Shown here one piece after another: positions 8,970 to 16,621 of a stretch of 64,000 bases of DNA (positions are counted from its first letter, which is position 1; the number at the start of each line of letters is the position of its first letter). Under the pieces are notes generated by a model. That model was given only the letters and a program-made list of their open reading frames with translations. It ran no database searches and was not told the origin of the DNA. The DNA lies in contig JACPWF010000025.1 of the NCBI GenBank assembly GCA_016197155.1, forward strand, positions 28,276 to 92,275. Direction: 5' to 3'. This DNA is from Candidatus Omnitrophota bacterium (GTDB lineage Bacteria; Omnitrophota; Gorgyraeia; 2-02-FULL-51-18). Both the position numbers and the translations under genes were made by a program.

Positions 8970-9714
8970 AGATCGTTACCGAGGCCTTTTTTTGCAACAG
9001 ATGGTTGTATTCGGCCTGCCAGAGTTCGCCAAATTTCACATGCTTCCATTTATCAAACCACGGGCCGCCGCGCGTGAAATGAATGGCCTTGGGAATTTCG
9101 TCCGGAACGGCCCTGCTCCAACCCTCAAGCCAATTCCAAGTCTCCGGAAGCGCGCCGATCTCGGAATCTTTGAGCCATTGGAAACGGTGTAAAAAAGCGC
9201 CTGTTTCACGATTCACGGCCTCCGGGGTCAAAACACCGTTGGATGGGTAGGCACAATTCCAAAGCACGAGGCTGGACCAATTTTTCCGCGGATAAACCGT
9301 TTGAAGCGCGCCGTCCATTTTCGTCCGCTCCGGCGGACGATGGTCATGCTGGACACACATCACGGCGCACCGCGGATCGGCCATGGCGAAAAGCTCGGCG
9401 ACATCGGCCGTGAACAAAAAATCGCAGTCCACAAACAATGCCCAACCCCGGTAGTCGGCCAAAAAAGGCGTCAAAAAGCGGGTATACGTGAACTCCGTCG
9501 AGGCCAGAGGATCCTTGGACCGCGCGTATAGTCCCCCATGCCGAAGTTCTTCCTGTTTGAGAGGGGTGACATCAAGCGGCCGGCTCGAGTACCTGCGAAG
9601 AGACGCCAGACAAACGTCGTAGGCCACTTCCTCGCGGCTGTCCCAACCGATAAAAATTCTCAGTGCCTTCTTCATCAATCCGTCCATGATATAACAGGAT
9701 CGATAAACCTGCAA
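8950..9714 (-). CDS. GT-A fold glycosyltransferase, GT8-like
   Basis: Rossmann-like N-terminus (MKKALRIFIGWD), DxD candidate FVDCDFLF, C-terminal IHFTRGGPW resembling the GT8 HxxGxxKPW motif. True start may be the internal Met at ~9675. Confidence 0.5.
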   Translation of the reverse strand: MQVYRSCYIMDGLMKKALRIFIGWDSREEVAYDVCLASLRRYSSRPLDVTPLKQEELRHGGLYARSKDPLASTEFTYTRFLTPFLADYRGWALFVDCDFLFTADVAELFAMADPRCAVMCVQHDHRPPERTKMDGALQTVYPRKNWSSLVLWNCAYPSNGVLTPEAVNRETGAFLHRFQWLKDSEIGALPETWNWLEGWSRAVPDEIPKAIHFTRGGPWFDKWKHVKFGELWQAEYNHLLQKKASVTIYDNCSN

Positions 9715-10779
9715 TCAGCTTCTCAAAACCTTGAGTATCCTTTGCGCGGCGTCTCCCGAAATTACCGTTCGACTAACCATTTGTCTTGAATTTTCAAAAA
9801 GCGGCTGATTGTCAGGGGCCTTTTTAGCCAGATGAACGAAATGAAACCAATCCTCCGTCTCCCGGATCAAAAAAAGCGGCTCGTAGCGGGATGTGTCCAC
9901 GTCGCCGGCAACCACCGCCACCGGCACTCCGGCCCGGGCCGCGTCCAAAGCGACCGTTGAAGGAGTCGTGATGATCGCGTCCGACCCGCGAAGAAAAGCG
10001 GAAAGTCCGTAACGCCCCCAAACCGGCGCATGCGGATCGGCTAAAATCAGGTTCTTTAGACCGGAAAATACTTCACGGCCGTGCCGCGTAAACCACCTTT
10101 GGTCCGGATGAGGCCGCACAAAAAAGGTGGTGTCGGGAAGGCGCCTGGCGGTTTCTTTCAAATCCGCCATGAAACGCCTCCGGTACTCGTCGGAATAGCG
10201 ATGCCAATGCAAATTCTCAAAAACTGTGACGGTGAAAGGCCGCCCCTCGACTTTACCCAGGGGTATTTCGGAAAGCCTGAGTTCACGCGGATACCCCACC
10301 GGAATACATCTTCCCTTAACTTCGGACGGGATTTGGGGATCTAGGGAGGACAACTCCCCCCAAACAAAAATCTTTTGCGAAGCAAATCGCACCGTTCCCG
10401 GCGGATCTTTCTCATCAAAATAAGTCAGGCCGACCTGCTCAAAGCCATGCTGGACCGTGAAGGTTTTAATTCCAAGACGATTGGCCCGTCGCGTCAACGC
10501 GTAAGCCGCCGCGTGCGGCCGCAGACTGGATTCCGAAGCAGTAACCAGCGCGTCAAAGCCTCGCAGGCCCGGTCCTAGCCCCAAAATGATTTTCCATCTG
10601 GGAATCACCTGAAAACGAATGGGTAGGGACTGGAAATCGGAAGCTGTGGCGGCAAACCGGCGAAACAGCCTGTCCGTGAAATAGACGGACGCTTCAAACC
10701 CCCTGCCCACACCGCCTTTCACAATGGGCAACAAAAGTTCCGTGTCCTGCACATAATCCAGAAAAAAAAGAATCTTCAC
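9715..10779 (-). CDS. putative GT-B fold glycosyltransferase / capsule-type sugar transferase
   Basis: C-terminal TPSTVALDAARAGVPV resembles GT-B nucleotide-sugar binding helix. GTG start at 10779 forms a GTGA overlap with the upstream stop; the ORF-track N-terminal 57 aa overlap the upstream gene and are discounted. Confidence 0.4.
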   Translation of the reverse strand: MKILFFLDYVQDTELLLPIVKGGVGRGFEASVYFTDRLFRRFAATASDFQSLPIRFQVIPRWKIILGLGPGLRGFDALVTASESSLRPHAAAYALTRRANRLGIKTFTVQHGFEQVGLTYFDEKDPPGTVRFASQKIFVWGELSSLDPQIPSEVKGRCIPVGYPRELRLSEIPLGKVEGRPFTVTVFENLHWHRYSDEYRRRFMADLKETARRLPDTTFFVRPHPDQRWFTRHGREVFSGLKNLILADPHAPVWGRYGLSAFLRGSDAIITTPSTVALDAARAGVPVAVVAGDVDTSRYEPLFLIRETEDWFHFVHLAKKAPDNQPLFENSRQMVSRTVISGDAAQRILKVLRS

Positions 10780-12083
10780 GCGTCCCTCACGAACGGCGCG
10801 CGCGTCAAAAAAAAGTAGGTCAGGACGGGAAAACTCTGGATCATCAACCGGTCCAACGACACGGCGAGCTGAGTCGGCAAATTCAAAGCTGTCAGACAAT
10901 AGACACCCGCGTATCCGGCGTTCAGAAAAAAAACGGTCAGGGGTATCCAAATTTTATCTCTACCAAATATCTCCCGCCGGAAGAAAACCGCCAGCACACC
11001 GAAAACGGGCCAGGCATACGCCCAGGAATTTTCTTTGCGGATTTCCGCGGCAAAAAAGGAAAAAACCGTTCCCAGCCTTGACAAAATCTCTTCGGCCGTC
11101 AACCGACTGATCGCTTCCGGCCGCAGCATGTGATTCGGCGAAAACGTGCTCAGTTTAAAAAATACTGTGAACGCCAAAAATAAAAGTCCCCCCTTCGCCA
11201 TCGCGAAGAGAAACCGCCTCTCCGTAAACAGAGCCAGCGAGAGGCAAAAGGCCGCAAAAAACAAAAGCCCTTCGTTTTTCACAAAACCGGACATCCCTGC
11301 AAACGCGCCCGATACCATCGCCCAACGCGCGTCCTCGCCACAAAGTGCCATGTCCATCGAAACGATGGCAGCCGTAAAAAAATAGGCGACCGGAATATCC
11401 GCGTACTGCGACCCGCCCATTCCAATGAAATGCGGAATCGAAATGAGAAAGAGACCGGATACCCACGCCGAACGCCTTCCATAACGGGCGGCGGCCGCCA
11501 TTACCAAACCGACCAGGCACAAGGTCATCATGAAAGCCAACAGAAAAGCGGCCGCGGCCGTCTCCCGTCCCGCAAAAAGCCATGCCCAAACCAAGGCCAG
11601 CGGATAAAAGAGCGGATAGTCCGGATGAGAAAAACGTAAACCCGGCGCGAAGATCGCCCGCCAGTCCGCGGCATGATAAATGAAACGTGCCTTTATTTTC
11701 CAAATGGCCCAGACGTCGAGGCCCGTCCCGAACGGCGATTTCAGCATGACCGCGAGCAACAACAAAGCCGCCGCCGAAAGAATGGCGAAAAAAACCACGC
11801 CTTCTTTCATTGCCGCAGGTTCCCGTTTTGTATTGCGATATGCCCCCCACAGCATGACCAGCAAAAAAAGATGCGCGGCAATCGCGAGTTCTCTGGAAAT
11901 TCGGTGAAAGAAATACAGATCGAAATATAAAAGGAAGCTGGATATAAAAAGTCCCGCTCCCGGAGCGAGAAAAAGAAGGAGAGATCCCGGACAACGGGAA
12001 TTTTTCAGAAAAACCCGAAGGGCACAGAAACCGATCGCGCCTGAAACCAGATACGACATCATCGCTAAAAAACCGGCTGTCAT
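10776..12083 (-). CDS. polytopic inner-membrane protein, GT-C-like glycosyltransferase or O-antigen polymerase/ligase-like
   Basis: 435 aa, ~10-12 hydrophobic helices throughout, aromatic-rich loops. No soluble domain recognised. Confidence 0.4.
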   Translation of the reverse strand: MTAGFLAMMSYLVSGAIGFCALRVFLKNSRCPGSLLLFLAPGAGLFISSFLLYFDLYFFHRISRELAIAAHLFLLVMLWGAYRNTKREPAAMKEGVVFFAILSAAALLLLAVMLKSPFGTGLDVWAIWKIKARFIYHAADWRAIFAPGLRFSHPDYPLFYPLALVWAWLFAGRETAAAAFLLAFMMTLCLVGLVMAAAARYGRRSAWVSGLFLISIPHFIGMGGSQYADIPVAYFFTAAIVSMDMALCGEDARWAMVSGAFAGMSGFVKNEGLLFFAAFCLSLALFTERRFLFAMAKGGLLFLAFTVFFKLSTFSPNHMLRPEAISRLTAEEILSRLGTVFSFFAAEIRKENSWAYAWPVFGVLAVFFRREIFGRDKIWIPLTVFFLNAGYAGVYCLTALNLPTQLAVSLDRLMIQSFPVLTYFFLTRAPFVRDA

Positions 12084-12505
12084 GTGAAGCGCCTGTCTTT
12101 CCGTGCGATCGCCAAACCACCTGACTGAAAAAGGACCTCAAGGGAATTGTCCCTGCAATGGGACTCGAGTGATTCCGGCGTTTCGAAATCGAGAACGAAA
12201 TGATCGGCATGCGCGTTATTGTCTGAGATGAGGTGAGGAGCCATCGCGTATTGAAAGTCGTAATACCGCTCCGCCGCTTTCCCGGGAATCCCGGAGACGT
12301 AGGAAAAACGCGAAAAATCAAAGGGTGACGAAGAAACGAAGGAAAGAATTTTGTCTTTGAGAATCCGGTAACGCGAATCCACGGCCTCATGCCGCGAAAC
12401 CAGCGCCTGAACAGATCGGCAGGCAATCTTGATCTGCCTTATGAAACCAAAGGCTATCGACAAAATCAGGACAAAGCAGAGAAGGAATTTACGAAAACGA
12501 GGCAC
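12080..12505 (-). CDS. hypothetical membrane-anchored protein
   Basis: 141-aa ORF with N-terminal hydrophobic helix (FLLCFVLILSIAFGFI). Alternative (GTG) start; 4-nt overlap with downstream gene start. Confidence 0.4.
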   Translation of the reverse strand: MPRFRKFLLCFVLILSIAFGFIRQIKIACRSVQALVSRHEAVDSRYRILKDKILSFVSSSPFDFSRFSYVSGIPGKAAERYYDFQYAMAPHLISDNNAHADHFVLDFETPESLESHCRDNSLEVLFQSGGLAIARKDRRFT

Positions 12506-12515
12506 TTCGTTACCT

Positions 12516-12553
12516 AAAAAACAAAACCCGGTTCCCTTAGCGGGGAACCGGGT
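12516..12553 (-). terminator. rho-independent terminator downstream of the OM beta-barrel gene
   Basis: Perfect 11-bp stem cccggttcccc/ggggaaccggg with 4-5 nt loop. On the minus strand it is followed by a U-run (forward aaaaaacaaaa at 12516-12526). Confidence 0.45.
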
Positions 12554-12571
12554 CGGAGTTTGAGAATTTAA

Positions 12572-13462
12572 TTACCAGCGAATGCGCCCGTTCAGCGAGA
12601 CTGCCGTCTCCGCGATAAAGCGACCTTCAACATTCACGGCCAGACGATCACCAAAAGTGATGAGTTGAAGTCCTGTGGCCACCGCGACCGAATCTTGACC
12701 ATTCCGATGACCGGTCTGAACCGTTTCCCTCGGGTTGGTGGCATCTGCCGGCAATGAGCTGGTACCGGATATATTCAGGTCCAGATCATTGTATTGGACA
12801 CCCACGTAAGGAGTAATGCTAAACCCATTGATTCCGATAAAGCCGAGGGGATTGTCAATGCGTTGGGCGATTCCGATGCCCGTCTGCCATTCATTGATTT
12901 CCACTTCCAGATCCTCAATGACCGCATCCACCACCCCAATCGACGCGGTATCAACGGCCAAATGGGTCCATCGATAGCCACCGCTACCATAGATGTTCGC
13001 TTTTGGTAGGCCCGGAAAAATTCCAGAAAGCAGGTCCACCTCAATGAGATCGACTTTCCCGCCGACACCCACAGCAAACTGCGAATCAGTTTTAAGAACC
13101 ACTTTCGTAGTGGTGTTGTTGCTGATCGGCGTATTTCCAAGTTTCAAATTGGCTGTCCCAAGGAAGACATCGAGGTGAACCTTGTCGAGAGGGTCCCAGT
13201 AAACGTTGCCACCCCACCAGGTGGCCTCGCTCACGTCGGTGGCATCATCGAGGTTTCTGTCAATCACATAATCAGCTGACGTCCCAAACCCAACCGCCCA
13301 CGGACCCCACATGCCCATCCACGGCTGATCCTTGGAAGTGAGAAGCGGCGTCATCTGATAAGTGTTCAGGTCCGCATCGGACGGCATCGCGAAAGCGCGG
13401 TCGCCGGAAAATGAGACCACAGCCAAAAGGAACGCAACCACAACGAACGTTTTTATTTTCAT
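12572..13462 (-). CDS. outer-membrane beta-barrel protein (porin-like)
   Basis: Signal peptide MKIKTFVVVAFLLAVVSFSGDRAFA, alternating amphipathic strands, C-terminal ...NGRIRW (aromatic beta-signal). Confidence 0.6.
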   Translation of the reverse strand: MKIKTFVVVAFLLAVVSFSGDRAFAMPSDADLNTYQMTPLLTSKDQPWMGMWGPWAVGFGTSADYVIDRNLDDATDVSEATWWGGNVYWDPLDKVHLDVFLGTANLKLGNTPISNNTTTKVVLKTDSQFAVGVGGKVDLIEVDLLSGIFPGLPKANIYGSGGYRWTHLAVDTASIGVVDAVIEDLEVEINEWQTGIGIAQRIDNPLGFIGINGFSITPYVGVQYNDLDLNISGTSSLPADATNPRETVQTGHRNGQDSVAVATGLQLITFGDRLAVNVEGRFIAETAVSLNGRIRW

Positions 13463-13516
13463 CCAATCGTCTCCTTTAATAGTAAGAGTCCCACAAGCAT
13501 GAATCTTTAGTTATGG

Positions 13517-13545
13517 ATTATATAAAATAACTCATTTTTAATCAA
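13517..13545 (-). promoter_or_regulatory. sigma70-type promoter for the OM beta-barrel gene
   Basis: On the minus strand: TTGATT, 17-nt spacer, TATAAT. AAGGAG SD 6 nt before the ATG at 13462. AT-rich UP-like region upstream. Confidence 0.5.
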
Positions 13546-13554
13546 GATTAATTA

Positions 13555-14421
13555 TTAAAAAAAATTTTTAGCCGTTTCCACCAGTTCTTCGGCGGAAAAA
13601 ACGTTTTCGGAGTCCGCGGCGGCCGCGGCGGCGGTCAATTCCAACCGATAAAACTCCGCCACGTTGTCGTTGTAAAATTTGAGGTTGTCGCGGAAGCGCT
13701 TGGCGATGACTTCCAGATTTGCCCAGACGGCGTCGATCGCGCACACCGCGAACGCGTCGCCGCCGTAGCGGCAAAGAACGTCGGATCGCCGAAAGGAAGT
13801 CTTTAAAATCTCGGCGGCGCGGGTCAAGGCCCGGCTACCCTCCTTGTAACCGAGGCCTTCGTTCATTTTGTTGAGATTGGCGACCTGAAAATGAAAGAAG
13901 AGATGCCCCTTTTTCGTGCGCGGTAAAAGTTTGAGCTGCTGCTCGGCCACGATCGAGAACCCTCTGCGGTTGTACAGGCCCGTGAGATCGTCGAGCAAAA
14001 GATTTTCGCACAGTTCCCGGTGAGCCCTGTTTCTCGCCACGGCGCGGCGCACCAGGCGCGCGATCCGCCCGGCGTCGCGCTCGGATTTGAAGAGACCGTC
14101 GTCGGCGCCGAAGCGAACGGCCTTTTCAATGAGAGGTTCCTCGGTCTCGCCGGCGAGAACGAGGATGGGGATGCCGCGCGCGCGGGAACGAAGCGAAAAA
14201 AAGGCGTCCATCCCCTTGGCCTCGGGCAGAGCCAAATCCACAAGTACCGCGTCCGCGCCGCCGCGCTTCAAAAATTCGAGGCCGTCCTTCAGCGAGCCGG
14301 TGTGCTCGAGACGACAGTCAGGGGCGTGTTTTTTAAAAATATCGTTTAGGAAAAGCGGGTAGTCGGGATCGGCCGTGATGAGAAAAACGCGGACCGATGG
14401 GTTTTCGTGAGCGGCGGACAT
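13555..14421 (-). CDS. response regulator: receiver domain + degenerate GGDEF domain
   Basis: Receiver (VLVDLALPE phospho-Asp context, ...LFKS). GGDEF domain starts DLTGLYNRRGF, but the signature reads RYGGDAF and the upstream metal-binding DxD is absent. Confidence 0.75.
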   Translation of the reverse strand: MSAAHENPSVRVFLITADPDYPLFLNDIFKKHAPDCRLEHTGSLKDGLEFLKRGGADAVLVDLALPEAKGMDAFFSLRSRARGIPILVLAGETEEPLIEKAVRFGADDGLFKSERDAGRIARLVRRAVARNRAHRELCENLLLDDLTGLYNRRGFSIVAEQQLKLLPRTKKGHLFFHFQVANLNKMNEGLGYKEGSRALTRAAEILKTSFRRSDVLCRYGGDAFAVCAIDAVWANLEVIAKRFRDNLKFYNDNVAEFYRLELTAAAAAADSENVFSAEELVETAKNFF

Positions 14422-14473
14422 CTGGATTTAATCTAACGGGTCACGGCGATAAAATCAATATTAAAAACAAAAA

Positions 14474-14562
14474 CGGAGAGGTAGGGATTCGAACCCTAGG
14501 ACCCGTTTTACCAGGTCAGTCACTTAGCAGGCGACTGCAATCGGCCTCTCTGCCACCTCTCC
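14474..14562 (-). tRNA. tRNA-Ser (anticodon GCU)
   Basis: Reverse complement GGAGAGGUGGCAGAG...: 7-bp acceptor stem, anticodon loop CUGCUAA, long variable arm, T-arm UAGGGUUCGAAUCCCUA, 89 nt, no encoded CCA. Confidence 0.8.
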
Positions 14563-14696
14563 TAAAATTAAAACTATCCATCTTTACTCAGCCTCTCCCT
14601 GCCTGCCGGCAGGCAGGTGCCACCTCTCCTAAAATTAAAACTATCCATCTTTACTCAGCCTCTCCCTGCCTGCCGGCAGGCAGGTGCCACCTCTCC
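14563..14696. repeat. perfect tandem duplication of a 67-bp unit containing a 20-bp GC palindrome and a copy of the tRNA-Ser 5' end
   Basis: Unit taaaattaaaactatccatctttactcagcctctccctgcctgccggcaggcaggtgccacctctcc occurs twice back-to-back (14563-14629, 14630-14696). Each copy ends with tgccacctctcc, the complement of tRNA nt 1-12, followed by taaaatt. Confidence 0.9.
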
Positions 14697-14740
14697 TAAA
14701 ATTTTAAAAAATGTTTATAGATTTTAAATTTATCCGATCC

Positions 14741-14829
14741 TGGCGGAGAGGGTAGGATTCGAACCTACGGTCGCCAGTGGCGACAGCGGTTTTCAAGACC
14801 GCCGCATTAGACCACTCTGCCACCTCTCC
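14741..14829 (-). tRNA. tRNA-Ser (anticodon UGA), CCA encoded
   Basis: Reverse complement GGAGAGGUGGCAGAGUGGUCUAAUGCGGCGGUCUUGAAAACCGC...: anticodon loop CUUGAAA, long variable arm, T-arm UAGGUUCGAAUCCUA, terminal CCA present. Confidence 0.8.
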
Positions 14830-15059
14830 CTGATCCACTTCCGTCCTTGACCTGATTTTAAAAAGTTTTCTCTCTGTCTGGCACGGGTGTAATCAGACAA
14901 TTCTTCCTCATAGAACAAAACCCAGGGACGATAAGGCTTGGTGGATTTCACCTTGCCTGAGTTATGAGATTGAAGTCTGGTGAAAGACATTCCTTCTCGG
15001 CTTGAGCCAATATAGAAACCTTTTTTTGATTCACTGTAAAGGATATAAACACAAGACAC
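14793..15059 (-). CDS. GIY-YIG nuclease-family small protein (YhbQ/UPF0213-like)
   Basis: VYILYSESKKGFYIGSS...RLQSHNSGK...STKPYRPWVLFYEEE...RARQRENFLKSGQGRKWI matches the GIY-YIG / YhbQ pattern. The last ~13 codons overlap the 5' half of tRNA-Ser(UGA). Confidence 0.7.
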   Translation of the reverse strand: MSCVYILYSESKKGFYIGSSREGMSFTRLQSHNSGKVKSTKPYRPWVLFYEEELSDYTRARQRENFLKSGQGRKWIRERWQSGLMRRS

Positions 15060-15095
15060 TCTTATCCCTTTCCCTTAAAGCGGTTTTTCCGCCAA

Positions 15096-15195
15096 AGGCG
15101 CCCGCCTGCCGGTCGGGCAGGGACTCGCCTCCGGCGGGCAAGACCGCCGCATTAGACCACTCCCTGCCTGCCGGCAGGCAGGTGCCACCTCTCCT
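15096..15195. repeat. tRNA-fragment / GC-palindrome repeat block
   Basis: 15139-15162 copies nt 14793-14816 of tRNA-Ser(UGA) (caagaccgccgcattagaccactc). A third copy of cctgcctgccggcaggcagg lies at 15163-15182 and of tgccacctctcc at 15184-15195, overlapping the serS stop codon. A related palindrome cctgccggtcgggcagg lies at ~15104-15122. Confidence 0.7.
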
Positions 15196-16465
15196 ATTTC
15201 TTAATCACCGCCATTCCGCCCAGGTACGGCCGCAGGACTTCCGGCACGCGCACCGAGCCGTCGGCGTTTTGATTGTTTTCCAAAATCGCGATGACGACGC
15301 GCGGCAGAGCCAGTCCCGAGCCGTTCAGCGTGTGGACGAATTCCGATTTATTCGAATTTTTTCTTTTGAAGCGGATATTCGCGCGCCGCGCCTGAAACGC
15401 CTCAAAGTTGGAAACCGACGACACCTCGAGCCATCGCCCCAGGCCCGCGGCCCAGGCCTCGATGTCGTAGCACTTGGCCGCCGCGAAGCCCATGTCGCCG
15501 CTCGAAAGCTGGATCACGCGATAGGGAATTTCCAAAAGATCTAAAATTTTCTCCGCGTCTTTCAGAAGCGACTCGTGCGCCTTGTAGGAATCCTCCGGCT
15601 TCGTGAATTTGACGAGCTCCACTTTGTCAAACTGGTGCACGCGCACAAGGCCCTTGGTGTCTTTTCCGTAGGAACCCGCTTCGCGGCGGAAACACGGCGT
15701 GTAGGCCGTGTATTTCAAAGGCAGGTCCTCTTCTTTCAAAATCTCGTCGCGGTGAAGGTTCGTCACCGGCACCTCGGCCGTGGGGATGAGAAAAAGGTCG
15801 TCGTCCTTCAGGCGGTAGAGGTCTTCTTCGAATTTCGGAAGCTGTCCCGTGCCCGTCATGCTCGCGCGGTTCACGAGAGACGGCGGCCAGATTTCCGTGT
15901 AGCCGTGCGCGGCGTGCCGGTCGAGCATGAAATTGACCAGCGCGCGCAGAAGGCGCGACCCCGTCCCCCAAAAAAGCGGAAAAGCGCTTCCCGTAATCTT
16001 GGCCGCGCGCGCCATGTCGAGGATCCCGAGGGTCTGGCCGATTTCCGTGTGTTCCCGGGGTTTGAAACTGAATTTGGGAATGTCCCCGCGATGCGAAACT
16101 TCCGTGTTGGCACGGCTGTCGGCGCCGATCTTCACGGATTCGTGAGGCAGATTGGGGATGAGAAGGAGTTCTTCTCTAAATTTTATTTCAATCTCCTCCG
16201 CCTTCGCTTCGAGCGCGCCGATTTTTTGCGAGGCCTCTTTCATGGAGGCGATGAGGGCCTTGGGGTCTTTTTTTTCTTTTAGGACCCGCGAGATCTCGTC
16301 GTTTTTTCTGTTTTTTTGACCGCGGAGTCCGTCAAGCTCGGTTTGGACCGCACGGCGTTTGGCGTCGAGCGCCAGGAACGCGTCGAATGGAAATTTCGGA
16401 GCCCTGGTTTTCAGGAGCTCCTTCACTTTTTCCTGATTGTCACGAATAAACGATACATCCAGCAT
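15194..16465 (-). CDS. serS: seryl-tRNA synthetase
   Basis: Class II aaRS motifs and SerS N-terminal coiled coil. Start at [11 protein letters not shown]; the ORF-track upstream extension overlaps tRNA-Lys and is discounted. Confidence 0.9.
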   Translation of the reverse strand: MLDVSFIRDNQEKVKELLKTRAPKFPFDAFLALDAKRRAVQTELDGLRGQKNRKNDEISRVLKEKKDPKALIASMKEASQKIGALEAKAEEIEIKFREELLLIPNLPHESVKIGADSRANTEVSHRGDIPKFSFKPREHTEIGQTLGILDMARAAKITGSAFPLFWGTGSRLLRALVNFMLDRHAAHGYTEIWPPSLVNRASMTGTGQLPKFEEDLYRLKDDDLFLIPTAEVPVTNLHRDEILKEEDLPLKYTAYTPCFRREAGSYGKDTKGLVRVHQFDKVELVKFTKPEDSYKAHESLLKDAEKILDLLEIPYRVIQLSSGDMGFAAAKCYDIEAWAAGLGRWLEVSSVSNFEAFQARRANIRFKRKNSNKSEFVHTLNGSGLALPRVVIAILENNQNADGSVRVPEVLRPYLGGMAVIKK

Positions 16466-16537
16466 GGGGAGATTATAGCGAATACGCCGATGGTGAGCAA
16501 GGCGGATGGCCAAAAGGCCATCCGCCGCGTCGAACCA

Positions 16538-16610
16538 TGAGGCGCCCGGGACTTGAACCCGGCACACCTTCCTTAAAAGGGAAGTGCTCTACCAGATGAG
16601 CTAGCGCCTC
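16538..16610 (-). tRNA. tRNA-Lys (anticodon UUU)
   Basis: Reverse complement GAGGCGCUAGCUCAUCUGGUAGAGCACUUCCCUUUUAAGGAAGGUGUGCCGGGUUCAAGUCCCGGGCGCCUCA; anticodon loop CUUUUAA; 73 nt. Confidence 0.8.
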
Positions 16611-16621
16611 GTGAACTTGTT

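Noticed and set aside
11155-12426. 423-aa minus-strand ORF (R/G/S-rich) overlapping the GT-C membrane-protein gene in another frame
   Set aside because: Composition typical of an out-of-frame read through high-GC coding DNA; the co-located frame encodes a coherent polytopic membrane protein fitting the operon's start/stop coupling.
14563-14696. Possible CRISPR array
   Set aside because: Only two units, identical across their whole length including what would be spacers, and no cas genes; it is a tandem duplication.
14741-14829. tRNA with UGA-related anticodon as possible tRNA-Sec
   Set aside because: The anticodon is UGA (reads UCA, serine), not UCA; acceptor/T-arm lengths are standard 7/5, not the 8/5 or 9/4 of tRNA-Sec; no selA/selB nearby.
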